Assembly (NCBI RefSeq): GCF_009834535.1 | Contig: NC_045707.1 | Coordinates: 62,188,001-62,252,000 of the forward strand | Source: Camelus ferus | Taxonomy: Eukaryota | Reading direction: 5' to 3' | Length of the DNA stretch: 64,000 bases | In this document: piece after piece, positions 23,281-36,599 of the stretch | Position numbering within the stretch: position 1 is the stretch's first letter | Layout: each line of letters starts with the position of its first letter | Made by a program: the position numbers and the translations under genes | The notes under the pieces: model-generated | Told to the model about the DNA's origin: nothing | The model's database searches: none | Seen by the model: the letters and a program-made list of their open reading frames with translations, nothing else

Positions 23281-26005
23281 TTGTTTTATTTTCTTAAAGA
23301 TTAGGTGACATGTGTTGTCAAATTTTAAAAGTCTACCTAAATATCTATAGAACATTTACTATTTTATCATAAACATATAGAGAAATTCTTAGTCATATTT
23401 CTTTAAAAACTGCAGGATCATCATTCTTTTTTAATATTAGATGGTTATTTTAAAAATATTTAGAAAATCGATAAGCTGAACATTTGGCTTTTATTGCATA
23501 ATGACTAAATGCGATTCTACAGATTAATTCCAATATGATCCAATAATGACAATAATAATGAAAATGAGTATATTTTGATAATATTAATATATTCTTATAA
23601 TTTAACTCCCCTTCTGTACTTGTTCTGTATACAATACTGCTTTGCCCCTTCCTCTAAAATGAAAAATTATCTTTATTTTTACAATCAGTATATTTTAATC
23701 TTTTTTATCCTTCACTTTCTGAGGTTTCTACACAGTTTATTTTTGTTTATTATGTTTTAAAATCCCCTCGGTGGTGGTCTTCCTAATAAACTGTGGTTTG
23801 TTTAAATATAATACTTATAATCCACATATAATTGTTCCTAAGCAAAATGCTTAACTTAAGAATAATCTTTCAAACTCAACAGTGTTCTCAGGAATACCTG
23901 CTAAATTTCTAGCAGATGATCATGAGCTATTCATTCGATCTAAAAAGCAATTTTTCATTCTTTCTTTTCAGCTCTTAAATACATATTAATAATTAATAAA
24001 ATAAAAATGGTCAAAGGATTCTAGATGATGCAGAGTGTTACAGTGGATTCTGGGTCTAAGTCAGTCCTAGGATTTAGCATTCTCACTTACAATATTAGGA
24101 TCATATGGTAACATGTACCATGTACACAGAAAGACTGGCTCTTAACAATGGTGTTTCCCAATCAACAAAGTGAAATAAGGCAGGAAAAAAAAAAGAGCAT
24201 AAAGGGCATAATTAACCAAACGAATGAAAGACTGTAAAGCTAGGAAATGCAATAGAATAAACACTTAGGCACACAATCAAAAACTGACTTGACTCAGCCA
24301 GTTTCCGTAGAAAATAGCCCAAAGATACAGATTTCCACTTTTATTCTGATTTAGAGCATCCTTAAAGCAATACTTCCAGAACAAACTGGATAACACCCTT
24401 CTTGCTTGAGAGACGTGTCAAGAAATAAAGCTTTTAAGTCCCATTGATAGAAATTCCGCATATATCTAATATATTTTAATTTTGTCATCAAATATTTTTC
24501 TCATTCCACGTATCAGAAAGAGATTTTTCCCCCTTAGATATGCACATTTAATAACCATGTTTGTATGTTTTCCTTAAATACAGCAAACATCCCTGTCTAG
24601 AAAAACCATTTTCAAACTCTTCTGGCTTGATGAATAATTTTTGTCTACTTATTGCTCTTCAAGAATAACATTTAATTTAAACAATGTATTCAACAATACT
24701 GACAAATCTAAGATAGTCTGCTAGGAAATCTCATCCCATTGCCCTCCTGTAGTTTTAGCTCAATAAACTCCAAAAATAAAATTTCAAGTAATAGTAGATA
24801 GATGCTGAGTAACTCCTAAATAATACTTCAGCGCTCACCAGGCCTTATAGTAAATCTGAACATAGGGATGATTCCCTACAGATGCCAGAGACCCACCAGA
24901 GCCACTATGTTATTAGTTACACTAGGAAGCCTTGTCAAAGTGCATGACTACTGAACCTGGAAATACTCTGAAATGTCGCGGACCAAATCTCCATCACTAG
25001 AGAGACTCTACAGAGACCTATAAAGATATTTTAAGTTGGACTGGCATTTCTACTTCCTGAAAAACTTTAACATTCAAGAAGCTAATATTCTCTGGACCTA
25101 TGGTTTATTTCTTCCTGTGTTATATAAGTATTATCTCTTTGTAACATTCTTAAATAGCCACTGTAAATTGTGTTTAATTCAAGGGGTTTATGTATTACAT
25201 ATGAATACAGGGCACTAAACTATGTAGGTTTTAAACAACTTAGAAAAAAAAGTCTTTATATTTTTCAAAATGTTTAAAACATGCACAGATCCTAAGCACT
25301 AACTAAAAAATAAATAAGTATTTATTTATTTAGTAAAATAGGTGTTTAATTTGAGGATAACGAAAAACTCACTAAAATGCAAAACTGCAGGAATATTACT
25401 ATAAAGACTATAAAACTTTAAATGTTCACATTTATTAGAGTTGCTAATCAGGAAAAAATATATAATTCAACCTAATTAAAAAGAATAATAGGGCTATGCT
25501 TTAAACTTTAAACGGTGAATTGATAGTATAGGCAATGATCTATGTAACTGAAATGAAACCAAAAAAAACCCTCCACTCTTATTTCCAAACTTTTAAGCAT
25601 TTTGAACGATGAATATTTTGTTTGGTTTTTGAGAGAACTGCATAAATTATCCACTAACTATGTGTAGACACGGCCTTAAAACCAGTAAGAAAATTGAAAA
25701 AATGATGTGAACATTATTTTAATATGAAACTAACTTCTATCTGAAAAAATTTCTAGGTGTATTTGGATGGCTTTGGTGGATTATGACAACTCCAAACTTT
25801 CTGGACATTCACATCACTTTACTCTTGATGGCATAATTTCAGAATTTTAGGAGGTACACAGAATACTAATTCCCTTAGAAGAAACCAAAAGAAATATATA
25901 CATATATATAATATCTTATTATATATTTAATAATATAAATATATATATATATTTTCACATCTTTCCTTTTTTTTGCTGTTTTAATGTAATTATGAAAATG
26001 TTTTT

Positions 26006-26175
26006 GCACCGTACAATAGCATAATCACAAGCCACATGTAGCTACCGAGCCCTTAAAATGTGCCTAGTGCCCTGAGGAACCAAATTTTAACTTTCATTTA
26101 ATTGTAATTAACTTAAAATTAAATTTAGGTAGTTAATGTAGCTTGCAGATACCTTACTGGACAGTGGAGTTCTAG
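26006..26175. mobile_element. MER3-like hAT-Charlie non-autonomous DNA transposon
   Basis: cacaagccacatgtagctaccgagcccttaaaatgtgcctagtgccctgaggaaccaaattttaactttcatttaattgtaattaacttaaa...ttactggacagtggag. Confidence 0.75.
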
Positions 26176-27420
26176 AGGAACAAGTTTTATTACACAAAGT
26201 GCTACTCTGAAGGAACATCTTAGGGGGGAGATAAAAGGTATACACATTTTCAAGGAAGTTAAAAGAGATGTGGAAACCTCTGCTTTGTTTTATAGGTTCA
26301 TAACAACAAATTAAAAATGAGAAGATGGCAGTGGTTAAAGCTAAAGACATATATTGATTACTTAGAAAATTGGAAAAAGTGGGCTCAGAATTTCCTGGTG
26401 CAAAGAGAGTAAGAGAAGGTAGTCGATTTCATAACATGTAGATGATTAATAATTCTACATTATTAGTAGTTTTAGAGATGTTATAAAGCATTACAAAAGG
26501 GCTTATATCTCAGAATCTGAAAGTTCACAAGATGCAAGTGCATGAAATGTGAAAATCTGAATTACTTTGAAAATACAAGGCAGTGTGTTCTCTCCTTGAG
26601 TTGTGTATGAAAACCCTGCTTGTTACACCAGGCAGGTAGAAAGTACAAGCCATGGAAAGGGGAATGCTGTATAAATCTGAAGTTAATATTCAGACTTCAA
26701 TAGTTTTATGGAGATTAAAATTTTGTTTTCCTTCACCCTCATAAATTTAGCAAATGATTTATGGTAATAAAAATAAAATCACAAACATAGCTGTTAAATT
26801 ATTCTGCTTTCTCTTGAGGACTTCCTGAAAAATTAAGTTGACACTAACACAGACAATGTTTCTTAATTATGTGAAAATGTGTATAGAAAATACTTGTAAA
26901 GTTCTTATCTAACTAGTAGGGAATTCTTCAATATAAAATTAAATTTATTGTTTATTTTTGCTTTGTTTCACATTTAAGTAATTACCAATGAGTCTGTTTT
27001 AGAATCTCTAAAAAAACCAGTGTGTTTTATATTTAGAATTAAGACATAAATATTTGAGATGAATCTAGCTAAGAGTGAAATCTAGGGACTATGTCCAACT
27101 TCCAGAAATTATCCTCTAATGTTGTGCATTTATATTACTTATAAGTCCATAAAATCTTGTCTTGAGCTTTGAAAGTTTACTAAAAGATATTGAAGATGAA
27201 GAGCTAAATATTTTATCATGCTTGAATGTTTATGTAGCTTTTCCACTTAGGAAAGCGTTTCCCTATAGATTAATGCTGTGTATTTCACTGTTTACTGTGT
27301 ATGTCTCCGGAACTACTAGCAAGAGTTATAGAGGAAACCCACTGTGATGTAATACATCAGTTACTCCTCGCTTATGCACCAGTGTATCCTTTTGTCCTGT
27401 GTTTAGACAGTGCTGCCATT

Positions 27421-27455
27421 TGTGAGTGTGTGTGTGTGTGTGTGTGAGTGTGTGT
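27421..27455. repeat. (TG)n microsatellite, two interruptions
   Basis: Read directly. Confidence 0.95.
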
Positions 27456-27859
27456 CTACATGACAAAACAAAACAATCTATTTAAAGGCTAGGGAAGGGA
27501 AATTAGTTGTCTTTTCTGTTGTGCCAGTTCAATGAACATTTCAAAATAAGTGCTTATGGAGAAAGTGAGTAAGATGTTATAGGCAAATCCTTTTTTTTGC
27601 ATTGTGTATGATGATAATAAAAATTAGATCCTGTGTTAAATCATGTACATTCTGTTGGATTTGTTCACCCTATTATATTCCATAAGTAAGCATAACTAAG
27701 CCAACTTCCTGGAAATAATACTGATGATCTCATTTGCTCTCTATACGCCCAGTATTTTGAGTACAAAAGTTTGGGAAAGGTCCAACCAGTCCACATAACA
27801 TATATCTTTTGTATTACCTAAAGGGATTTTTTAAATTAAGAATATTTTGTAGGAACTTC

Positions 27860-28110
27860 TAAAATGGTTTTATTATGTACAATTTGATACATATACATAT
27901 GAACAATAAATGTCACATAATGGTAGTAAATATAGAAACACCTGTGAATCTACCATCCAACTTAAGTAGCAAGCACTGCAAAAAATGCCTCTCTATCTGC
28001 TCCTTCCCTACGTCGTCCTCTCCTCCTCCCTCCCACTGGAAACCACTATCCTGAATTATGAGATGATTCTCTTTTTTTTTTTTTAAATAATTTTATCACA
28101 TATGATGAAA
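27860..28110 (-). mobile_element. Old L1ME-like 3' end
   Basis: aaacacctgtgaatctaccatccaacttaagtagcaagcactgc...ggaaaccactatcctgaatt. Confidence 0.6.
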
Positions 28111-28149
28111 AATAAAATGTTTTAGAAGTGCTAAATACCCGTATAACAC

Positions 28150-28440
28150 ACTAAAATCAGACAGAATTGGATTCATATCTTATTTATTTTGTCTTTGTCT
28201 TAGTTTTTCTTACTGTTGCTTCATATTATCTCTGTAGCTTTAACATTTTTGTTCTGAACTTAAAAAAACTAAATAAAAAGGTGTCAGAGGCATTGTTAAT
28301 ACCTTCCTCGCAGAGTTTTCAAGAAGACTAAATGAATCTAAGAAGATTAAGAGGTATCTAAAGTGCTCAAAGCAATGCTTGGTGCATACTGAATGCTTTT
28401 TTTAATCATTTTTATTATGATGATTAATATTATTATCATT
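28150..28440 (+). mobile_element. Degenerate MIR
   Basis: aaaatcagacagaattggattcatatctt...taataccttcctcgcagagttttcaagaagactaaatga...aaagtgctcaaagcaatgcttggtgcatactgaatgct. Confidence 0.6.
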
Positions 28441-28460
28441 ATCTTATGTTCCTGTATATG

Positions 28461-28517
28461 TGTAATTCTTGCTTATGATTTAGTAACTGTAATTCTTACT
28501 TATGATTTAATAACTGT
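28461..28517. repeat. 27-bp tandem duplication
   Basis: tgtaattcttgcttatgatttagtaac / tgtaattcttacttatgatttaataac, 25/27 identical. Confidence 0.9.
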
Positions 28518-29440
28518 TTAATCAATCAACATTGTTCAATCCAAAGTTTTGGCTTAGTTCTCAGATGATATTTTTGCTGTTAAACAAATTACTCTTTTAA
28601 TTAAAATTGTTTTTTCCATGCTTGTTAAGAAAATAATTATGAAACCCATAATTCTATATCAATTCGTATAGTCAGTGCCCTCATGCTCCTGTAGATAGTC
28701 AAAATAAACAGAACGCCATGGAAAATTACATCAGAATCGACTCTGTTCCTGTCCAAGCATACCATATCCCACTCCAGTAACTAAAAAAAGTGAAGCATGC
28801 ATGTGCTGACCCTTTCATGACTTTTTACAAATTTCACTAACTTACAATTACCACTTTTCTTTTGTGAGAAAACTGGAATAAAGTCCCTTATTATTCTAAA
28901 TTGTCTCCTCCAATAATATGTATATATTATAAATTTTAGATATTTTATATTTTAAATACACACACCATACAGTTTTCAATTACATAATTAATAGGTATGT
29001 CATAATGCTAAACACATTGATAGGTTTCCTTTGACATTCTATGGCATTCCATGTTCTTGCAATGTTTTACTATACATGTTATGCGGAAAAGGAAAATTAT
29101 ATATATCATTTTGACAATTTCCTATTCTCCTTGGGTTGTAGCTTAGCAGGGAAGATGCCATCGTTTCTTCTGTTCTTTTTGTCACACGTGTCATTTTAAA
29201 AGATATGGTGCTTGTAATGGCTTTGAAGAAATTATTGCCCTTAAGAATTCTACTATATTATTAATACATTACTCAACCACCAGTACTTTTCAAACACTCT
29301 TGCTGAAATAGGCAATATTTCCCTATTTCCCTCCATCATCTCCCTCCATCCCTTTGTATTGTTCTATTAAAAAAAAAAATCCAAGGGAACAAATAGACTG
29401 CTTTAGAAATACTGTCTATTTTCAAATTAAGACAGAAACA

Positions 29441-29484
29441 GTGTGGTTCCCTGGTGGTCTAGTGGCTAGGATTCGGAGTTTTCA
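29441..29484 (+). pseudogene. Tailless retrocopy of the 5' half of tRNA-Glu(TTC), with 7 extra 5' nt
   Basis: 29448-29484 TCCCTGGTGGTCTAGTGGCTAGGATTCGGAGTTTTCA vs mammalian tRNA-Glu-TTC 5' half TCCCTGGTGGTCTAGTGGCTAGGATTCGGCGCTTTCA (35/37, from recall); stops just after the anticodon; no 3' half, no poly(A); perfect direct repeats ttttcaaattaagacagaaaca at 29419-29440 and 29479-29500. Confidence 0.88.
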
Positions 29485-31237
29485 AATTAAGACAGAAACA
29501 AACACAAATGTACATTTTTAAGATACCCTAATAACATCACAACACGGCTGTATATAATAGTGACTGTGTTATATATTATAAAGATATTATAAATAAAATA
29601 TTTAGGGTAGGGGAATTTTCCGAATTTAAAAGTAACAGAACTCCCAAAGGAGAATATCAGTAGATTTCCAGGATAAAACATCACAACTTCAAATGTAAGA
29701 AAACCACAATTAAAGCACAGATAACTATGAATCAAAATATTTAAAATAGACCGTGTCTATATCATTAAAGTTTAAATGCCTCAGACAATTAGAAGGAAAT
29801 ACTAATTGATAACAGGTAAATGAGAACACTGTGCATTGACAATTCACAAAAGAAGAGAACAGCGATGATACTGTCAGCTCCAAATATTCAGAATCCATCT
29901 GAACACGAAGCAGCTGATAAAACTGTAATATTAACAATTTTTTTCCATTTTAATTCACTAATACAATCCTGCGGGGGAAGATACGAACTAAGGGGTTCAA
30001 GAGATCGGTGTACATTTTTGTAGTCACATCGTAGTAGCGCTTTAAAAATGTAGACTCTACAGCATAACAAAAATCTAACTTTTTCTCCACTGTGTGTGCC
30101 TGTTGCCCTTTAAGAACCTTTTATGCTCTGCTTTCCAGTGGTGTCCTGAAGAAGGTCTTTTTCTTGGATTTCATTGTAACCTTACCATCTCTGCTATTAA
30201 TTAACCTTTCTTCCTTTGCCCTGGTTACACATTCAGCCTGCATGTTTGTCTTTCTTTGTTCTATCTGAGCTGTCTATGAAAGTAGCTGAGGAACCAAGCC
30301 TCTCTCAGCAAAAGGGCACCGACTCTTTTCACAGCCTACTCCTTGGTTCATGGATTCTCAGTGGCCAATTTGAGACCATAATTGTGTTCATATGTCACCA
30401 CAGACTAGTCTCAGGGGTCTGCCCTCAATTCCTTACTCCCTTGCAGAATCCTAAATACCAATGCTCGTCCCTTTACCATTTAAGCTTTCAAGTAAACAAC
30501 TTCAAGACACAATTCTCAGGGGAGAACAGGAAGGAAAAAAAAACCATAGTTGAAAACCACCTTGTTATGTGTATATTCAGATAATGAGTAACCAAACTGC
30601 AGAGAGAAACCAAACTGTGCCTCCATAATGCTTTTCTGAAAGAAGGAAAGGGGGGACACATAACTATCACTAGTCTAGCAAGTCACAGGGTTTGACTATT
30701 ATTTTTCATTCAAAGCAACTACAGAGTGGCACGTGATTATTCAGTGCATACTAAAAAAAATTAAAATTCTATGGAAAAACATCGCTGCTACCCTTTGTCT
30801 AAAAAGTACTGCTGTGTTCCAGTAATTTGTTTTAAACCGACAATTACGGTATTTAATATAGGTAGTTCTTAAAATAAAATTAGTTCTTAAAAGCTAATTC
30901 TATCAGTGAAGTGATACAGGTTGAGTTTTCTTCTAAAAATAATTTGGGTAACGAGATAAGAGAGCAACTGTATACTTATTTGACGTGACATTAGGTCAAG
31001 TTAACTATGTTTTCCAGCTTCGAACAGGGAAGAAGGATAAACCTGATGTGAGCAGGCAAATCCAATACTAGGAACAGGCAAGGCAACTTTGTTACAAGTA
31101 GCTTCTCTGTCAGTCAAATGCTGAGAGTCATGGAAGTATGTTTGTGCTGCAGTGAAAAGCAGAACATTGGATGGGAATTTGACTCCAAAAGATTCATCAG
31201 AGATGGAAGACCCTTCACCACTCAGTAAGCAAAATGG

Positions 31238-31480
31238 TGTGGCAGAAGGTGTCAACGGCTATAACATGCACCTTCAGAATGGATTCCTTCCAGTGATGGA
31301 CGATTCTGATATGAGATTTTGAAGGCAGTATCCAAATTCCTTGGAAGCAAAGTAGCCTGGCCTTCTACTTCACAGAGGTATATATGATATTGAGTGTTAC
31401 ATATGTAAACAGTCTTTGAGATCTACGTTTAAGCTCTGTGACAGGTGGAGGTGAGCACAGCAGATGGAGGTATACTTTCT
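31238..31480 (+). mobile_element. LTR40/LTR41-like ERVL LTR fragment
   Basis: tgtggcagaaggtgtcaacggctataac...cagaatggattccttcc...tgagattttgaaggcag parallels the LTR40/41 5' end. Confidence 0.4.
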
Positions 31481-32009
31481 TACTCTGAAAGTAGCTTCTT
31501 ATTTTAGCTTGGATTTTTCAAATTTCAGAGTCCATGGTAATCTCCATTATGTCATGTTGCACTCCTAAGATAAATAGTGCCATCTAGATCTAATTCTACA
31601 GCTCAGTAGCCTTGAAAAGTGGAAGAGAATTTATCCTGATTAAGAACACTGAAGAAATCATACTAATGTAGGGATAACAATTCAATGTAATTCACCAAAT
31701 ATTCTGCATACGGTATCATCACAAATGGAGAGCCATTTATGATTTAAAAATTGGAATTTCTCTGCTCATATTGAAGAGAAAGTAAAAAAGTAAGACTTTT
31801 CTTATCCTCATAGTTTGTGGGCTCAATACTAATTCTGATAAGCTATTTAAAAAATAGATGCTTCCTTTTTACAAATATTTAAATTATTTGGGTAATACCA
31901 AAAGACTGTGATTTTGGGGTCTAAACATACTTTAAAAAGTAAGTATCATCTATAGGGAAATAAGATATGAAAATAGTATGTAATGTTAAAATAATGTGCA
32001 TTTAGATGT

Positions 32010-32112
32010 TGGTAAAGGGCATGCTTAGCATGCATGAGGTCCTGGGTTCAATCCCCAGTACTTCTTCAAAAAAATAAATATGCCTAATTACCTTCCCCAC
32101 AGGGGAAAAAAA
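32010..32112 (+). mobile_element. 5'-truncated Vic-1-type SINE with perfect 13-bp TSD
   Basis: tggtaaagggcatgcttagcatgcatgaggtcctgggttcaatccccagtacttcttc...cctaattaccttcccc; TSD tgcatttagatgt at 31997-32009 and 32113-32125. Confidence 0.93.
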
Positions 32113-33503
32113 TGCATTTAGATGTAATATTCCGTATGCATTCCTTCAAATTAAGGTGTTCTCACTAAATCTTTTCCAACCCATTGTCCATATGGATTAT
32201 CTAATTCTCTGTCATATTTTTAATTATCTCCTATATGATGAATATTGTCAACATTAAGTAAGACTTCTCTGCTCCGGGTTTACTATTTGAACATTTAGAT
32301 GCTTCTAGAAAAAAAAAAAATCTTACAACAAGCTCGTCATCCTCTCCTCTAAACCTATTTATATATTCTCAGCATTATTTTGCAGCATCACATTTAACCC
32401 CCTCACCACTCACCCAGCTAAGAACACTGTGTCATACTTGACCTCCTCAGTTTTATAATTTGCCACTTCCAGTCATTTTGTATCTTTGATTATATGCTTA
32501 ATAGTTCTTTACACACGACATATTATGGTTTCTTCTCTCTCTGATTACTCCTATTTTAAAAATCATTTTTAGAAGCAGCTCAAATATCTCTAATCCTCAA
32601 ACCCTTTCTTGCACTCTGCATACACCTATTTCCAGTAAACTAACTGTATTATAATTATGTATCTAATTTGCATATTTTCTATTAGACTGTAACTGCATCA
32701 AGAACTATGCCCCTAACCTCTTGCCATCAAGATTATCCCACATATGGAGGCTTCTCATGTGAAGAAGATGGTATTAGAAGTTCTAGAATACTATGCATTG
32801 TACACCAAGATCAATGTACCCCTTTCTGAAAACAGACATGTCTGAATTAATAGAAAACACATGACATCTACAAAAATCAAGAATTTGTTTAGAAATCATG
32901 TTAGGTTGCTTTTTTAATTTCTATATAAATAATTGAGAGAAACCTTTCTCTTCTTGTTACCAGTGAGATCTGAAATTTATGATTTGAGGACACACGGGTC
33001 TTCAATTTCTGCTCTGAAAAATTAATACGATTGTCAAAACACTTCCTCAGACTGTTGGTAAGTTTGACCAGTTAAATCATAGATATGTGGCTTTAGAGTG
33101 GGATCCTTCTGTCAGCATCATTCTCTACATGAGCCGTGCTTTTTCCTCTTGGTCACAAGACTAGCAGGATACTTGCAGAAGATAGGAACAGCTGGGAAAT
33201 AGCTGTACTCTACTCGTCTGTATATTGGGTAGAGGAAAAGAAATGGCATCTTTCAGTGCCCTGCAGTTAATTTTTAATTTTGATCTAAGGGATGAAAGTG
33301 CCATCTAGCCCACAGAGTGACAGGAGCCCCAGCTTTACTAAGAAAAGCTCACAGACAGTTGTTTTATTTTTAATTTTCTAAATAAAGAATATCCACATGA
33401 GAAAACCAAATATAAAATATAAAAAATTATCTTTTGAACATATTTAACCCTTTCAATTTTCATTTTGGAAGAGAACAATCAACTCTTGGCTTTCTAACCC
33501 AAA

Positions 33504-33804
33504 CCATGTTTTCCCAAAGTGTGATTTGCAAAGCCTTGATTTGGGAAGCTGCCTAACAGGAATTGAATGATAGAAAGACTTCTATAATCAGACACATCTG
33601 GGAATCACAGAGCTAAGCAAAGTTAAGTAAGTCTCTTCTCTTCATGAGTTAGAGCACTGGATATGCAAATATGCCTTAGAATTTTTTAGCATATGCAGAT
33701 CTTCCACGTGTATTTGAACATGGCACTTTTTTCATTGATTGTGTCACGATAAAAGTATTTTACAGAATTAATGTAACTTGAAGCATGCCCTGCAAAATAC
33801 TACC
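33504..33804. mobile_element. hAT-Charlie DNA transposon fragment (Charlie4-like)
   Basis: ccatgttttcccaaagtgtg...catctgggaatcacagagctaagcaaagttaagtaagtctcttc...gtatttgaacatggcacttttttca. Confidence 0.55.
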
Positions 33805-33875
33805 ATGAACTAACCATATCTATCTTTCCATTTGTTTCTAATATTTCTGCCTTTTTATAAAAATGTTCCCTTTTC

Positions 33876-33896
33876 TTTTTTTTTTTTTTTTTTTTT
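33876..33896. repeat. Poly(T)21
   Basis: Read directly. Confidence 0.95.
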
Positions 33897-36599
33897 GTTC
33901 TTATTTAGTTGTCTGACCTTACTAAGCACCCACTGAGCATAGCGTAGTATGAGGTAGAAGCTATTTATTGCCTTGACAAACTGGGTAACCTGAGAGGGTA
34001 AGGGCATTAGAAGGGATAAAAGGATGTTATTCTAAAAAAAATCAATTTTTTTCTGGTCTGCTACATACTTTGTGGACCCATTTCATTATAATATAAATGA
34101 CCGCATAGAATGTCAACCTAAAGTACATCTTGGCCCCAAAGCCCTTCTGGGCAGCCATATAAACTATTCAGGGATTTTATAAGCCTCTAAACTGTCATTA
34201 TCCACATACCTGCATTTAGGTACTTGAGTTTAGGTAAAATATAAAATCTTTCAAAAAATCACAAAAGAGGTTAGAAGTGCTGTGAAACTTCACTATAGTT
34301 AACGGTAAATGGATTCTCTCTCATCAGTATCTTTCTATCTCCTCTATTGAATGATTATTATATTGGATTAAAAATTCAATGATTATGTCTTCAGTCAGCT
34401 TTCTTTCATAATAAGAAAGTTCACCAGTAAGTCCTAGTGGATAATCATCCTGAAATTATTTGTTTAAATACTCAGTCTGATACTCCCCATGACTCATTTA
34501 TGTCACAGAATTAGTAAGTGGCATTTCCGAGACTCAGTATTTATAGTAAATGAGATTGTTCTGGGATGACACAACTTCCCATAAGCAGGTTAGTCATTTA
34601 AACTGAAGCACAGCATCCTACAGTAACCTTTCCCTCTCTAAACTTCTGTGATGGTAAATCAGGTTCAATCATACGATGCTATATTTTATATGCATCTTCT
34701 GAGACCTACTAGGATCCTGAATCCTTGACCACTTTTCTGTCCTAGCCAAGCTCACATGGTAAGATATGCAGAGGTTACAGAAGAGATAATTGTGCAAGGC
34801 TTTGACCTCAGACTCCCATGTAGAACATATAGTCATGGTGACTCGGGGGGGATAACTTTTGAGTCGCAATTTTCCTTTTGATGCTTGTGGCCCCAAGCCT
34901 TGACCTCGACAGTAATGAAAATCACTCCTTGCTCTCTTTATTTATTTATGCCTATCTCTACCTGCATCTTTTCACATTTTTTTCTGTTGCCTCCAGAAAC
35001 CTTTAGCATATTTTTTTTGTTTTATTATTATTATTTTTTTTATTTGATTTTTTTTCTTTAAATGAGGGTGAGGCACACCTGATTTGCTGATTGATGATTG
35101 TTATCAGGTAACTGCACCATTTTCTTCTTGTCCAGTATATTACGTCTTAAAAAATATCCAGTTACCTGTCAATAAATTTTCACAAAATCAATTCAATAGT
35201 TTCTTTCTTCTTTATTTTTCAATAAATGGTTTATTTTTCCAAAATAAAATTTCTTATGACAGATTTAGAGTGAGATCTCTAGTCCGCCTCATATAGAAGA
35301 AAAACCACCATTATTTTACAGAGTAAGTAACTGAAATTAAAAAAAAAAAAAGTTTTCCAATGATATTTACCGAGTTAATGGCAAAGACAAAATTATGTTA
35401 AAATCAGGCGGCATGTTAGCCATAACATTGCATGGTGATATAGTTAAGGCAAATGTATGTTCCTTGGTCTCTAGGGGGATGCTGAGTCCTGGTACCACCA
35501 AACAACTGTATCATTTATTCTGGTTTTGTTTACAGCTTAAACCTCTGCTTGATGTGTCTTTCAGTTGTGAAATCTGGATTTATTTAAGTGCATCTGAACA
35601 TTTTCATAGCTTAGTTTTCCAAGTAGATACCTGCTCGGGACCAATCAGATATCAACTGTTCAGCAACTGTGAATTAAGCTGGCCTCAGAGTTAGAATTAG
35701 ATTTCATGCTTTCCAAATGGTGGTTTAGCAAACTGGGACATTTCTTGGTCCCCAGAAAATAAAGAATGCTTCTAACTGTTATCAAACCAATTTTAGAAAT
35801 GTGAGCCCTTGATAAAATTTCATTTTGGCTCTTTGTTCTCTGACTTAACATGTCAGTTTATCTAGTCCTCCAGAGTTACAGACTAAATTCTTCGCTGAAC
35901 AGAATAAATAGGGTGCTTTTTTCTCTTAATCTTGTGCTTAATTATTAATGTTCTCACAGGAGTCTGAGCTAGTAAGAAAAAATTTTTAGCAAGAGCCAAA
36001 GAAAGCATGTAACTGAACTGCAATTAAATGTCTGATGACGCGAACTAGAAATGCACAGGAAGAACTGGGAGATAAAGGTGCAATTTTTCTTGAAATTAAA
36101 TGGTCTATGAAAATAAACATCATTGTATAACAATGACTAAAATGGCCCTTTAATTAACAGTTCTAACAGATACAAATGCTAGCCCTATTTACTCTAAGAA
36201 ATGGCATTGCTCAAAAAACACGGAGCTAATGGTTACTTGTAAAGTTTGTGCTTATTTACAAATCTCAATCTCCAAACAATAGTCTTCCCATCAATCACGT
36301 TTCCCAAAGAGACCGTATCTAGATAACCATACACTTCACATGAGTCATACAGGCTTGATAATTTCTCAACCTTCTAATGTCCAGACAACAATCCACAAAA
36401 TGGACCTGTCATCTTAGTGATAAATACGGAGAGAGAGAGAGGAGGTAAAATATGGTAAAAAAAAGTTTATTTTACATCCAAATTAGTTTTTTCTTAAGAA
36501 ATATTATTTCATGATAGTTATTAAACTGAATCAATATAATACATTTTATGTATTTCTTTTCTAATTTTAAACTTGACATTTTTCACTTTATTTTTGAGT

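Noticed and set aside
25302..25334. Imperfect palindrome actaaaaaataaataag/tatttatttatttagt
   Set aside because: Low-complexity (AAAT)n/(TTTA)n; expected by chance in AT-rich DNA
31001..31380. Protein-like ORF or exon at 31.0-31.4 kb
   Set aside because: The + strand exon candidate has stops in all frames, and the 3' part resembles an LTR40/41-like element
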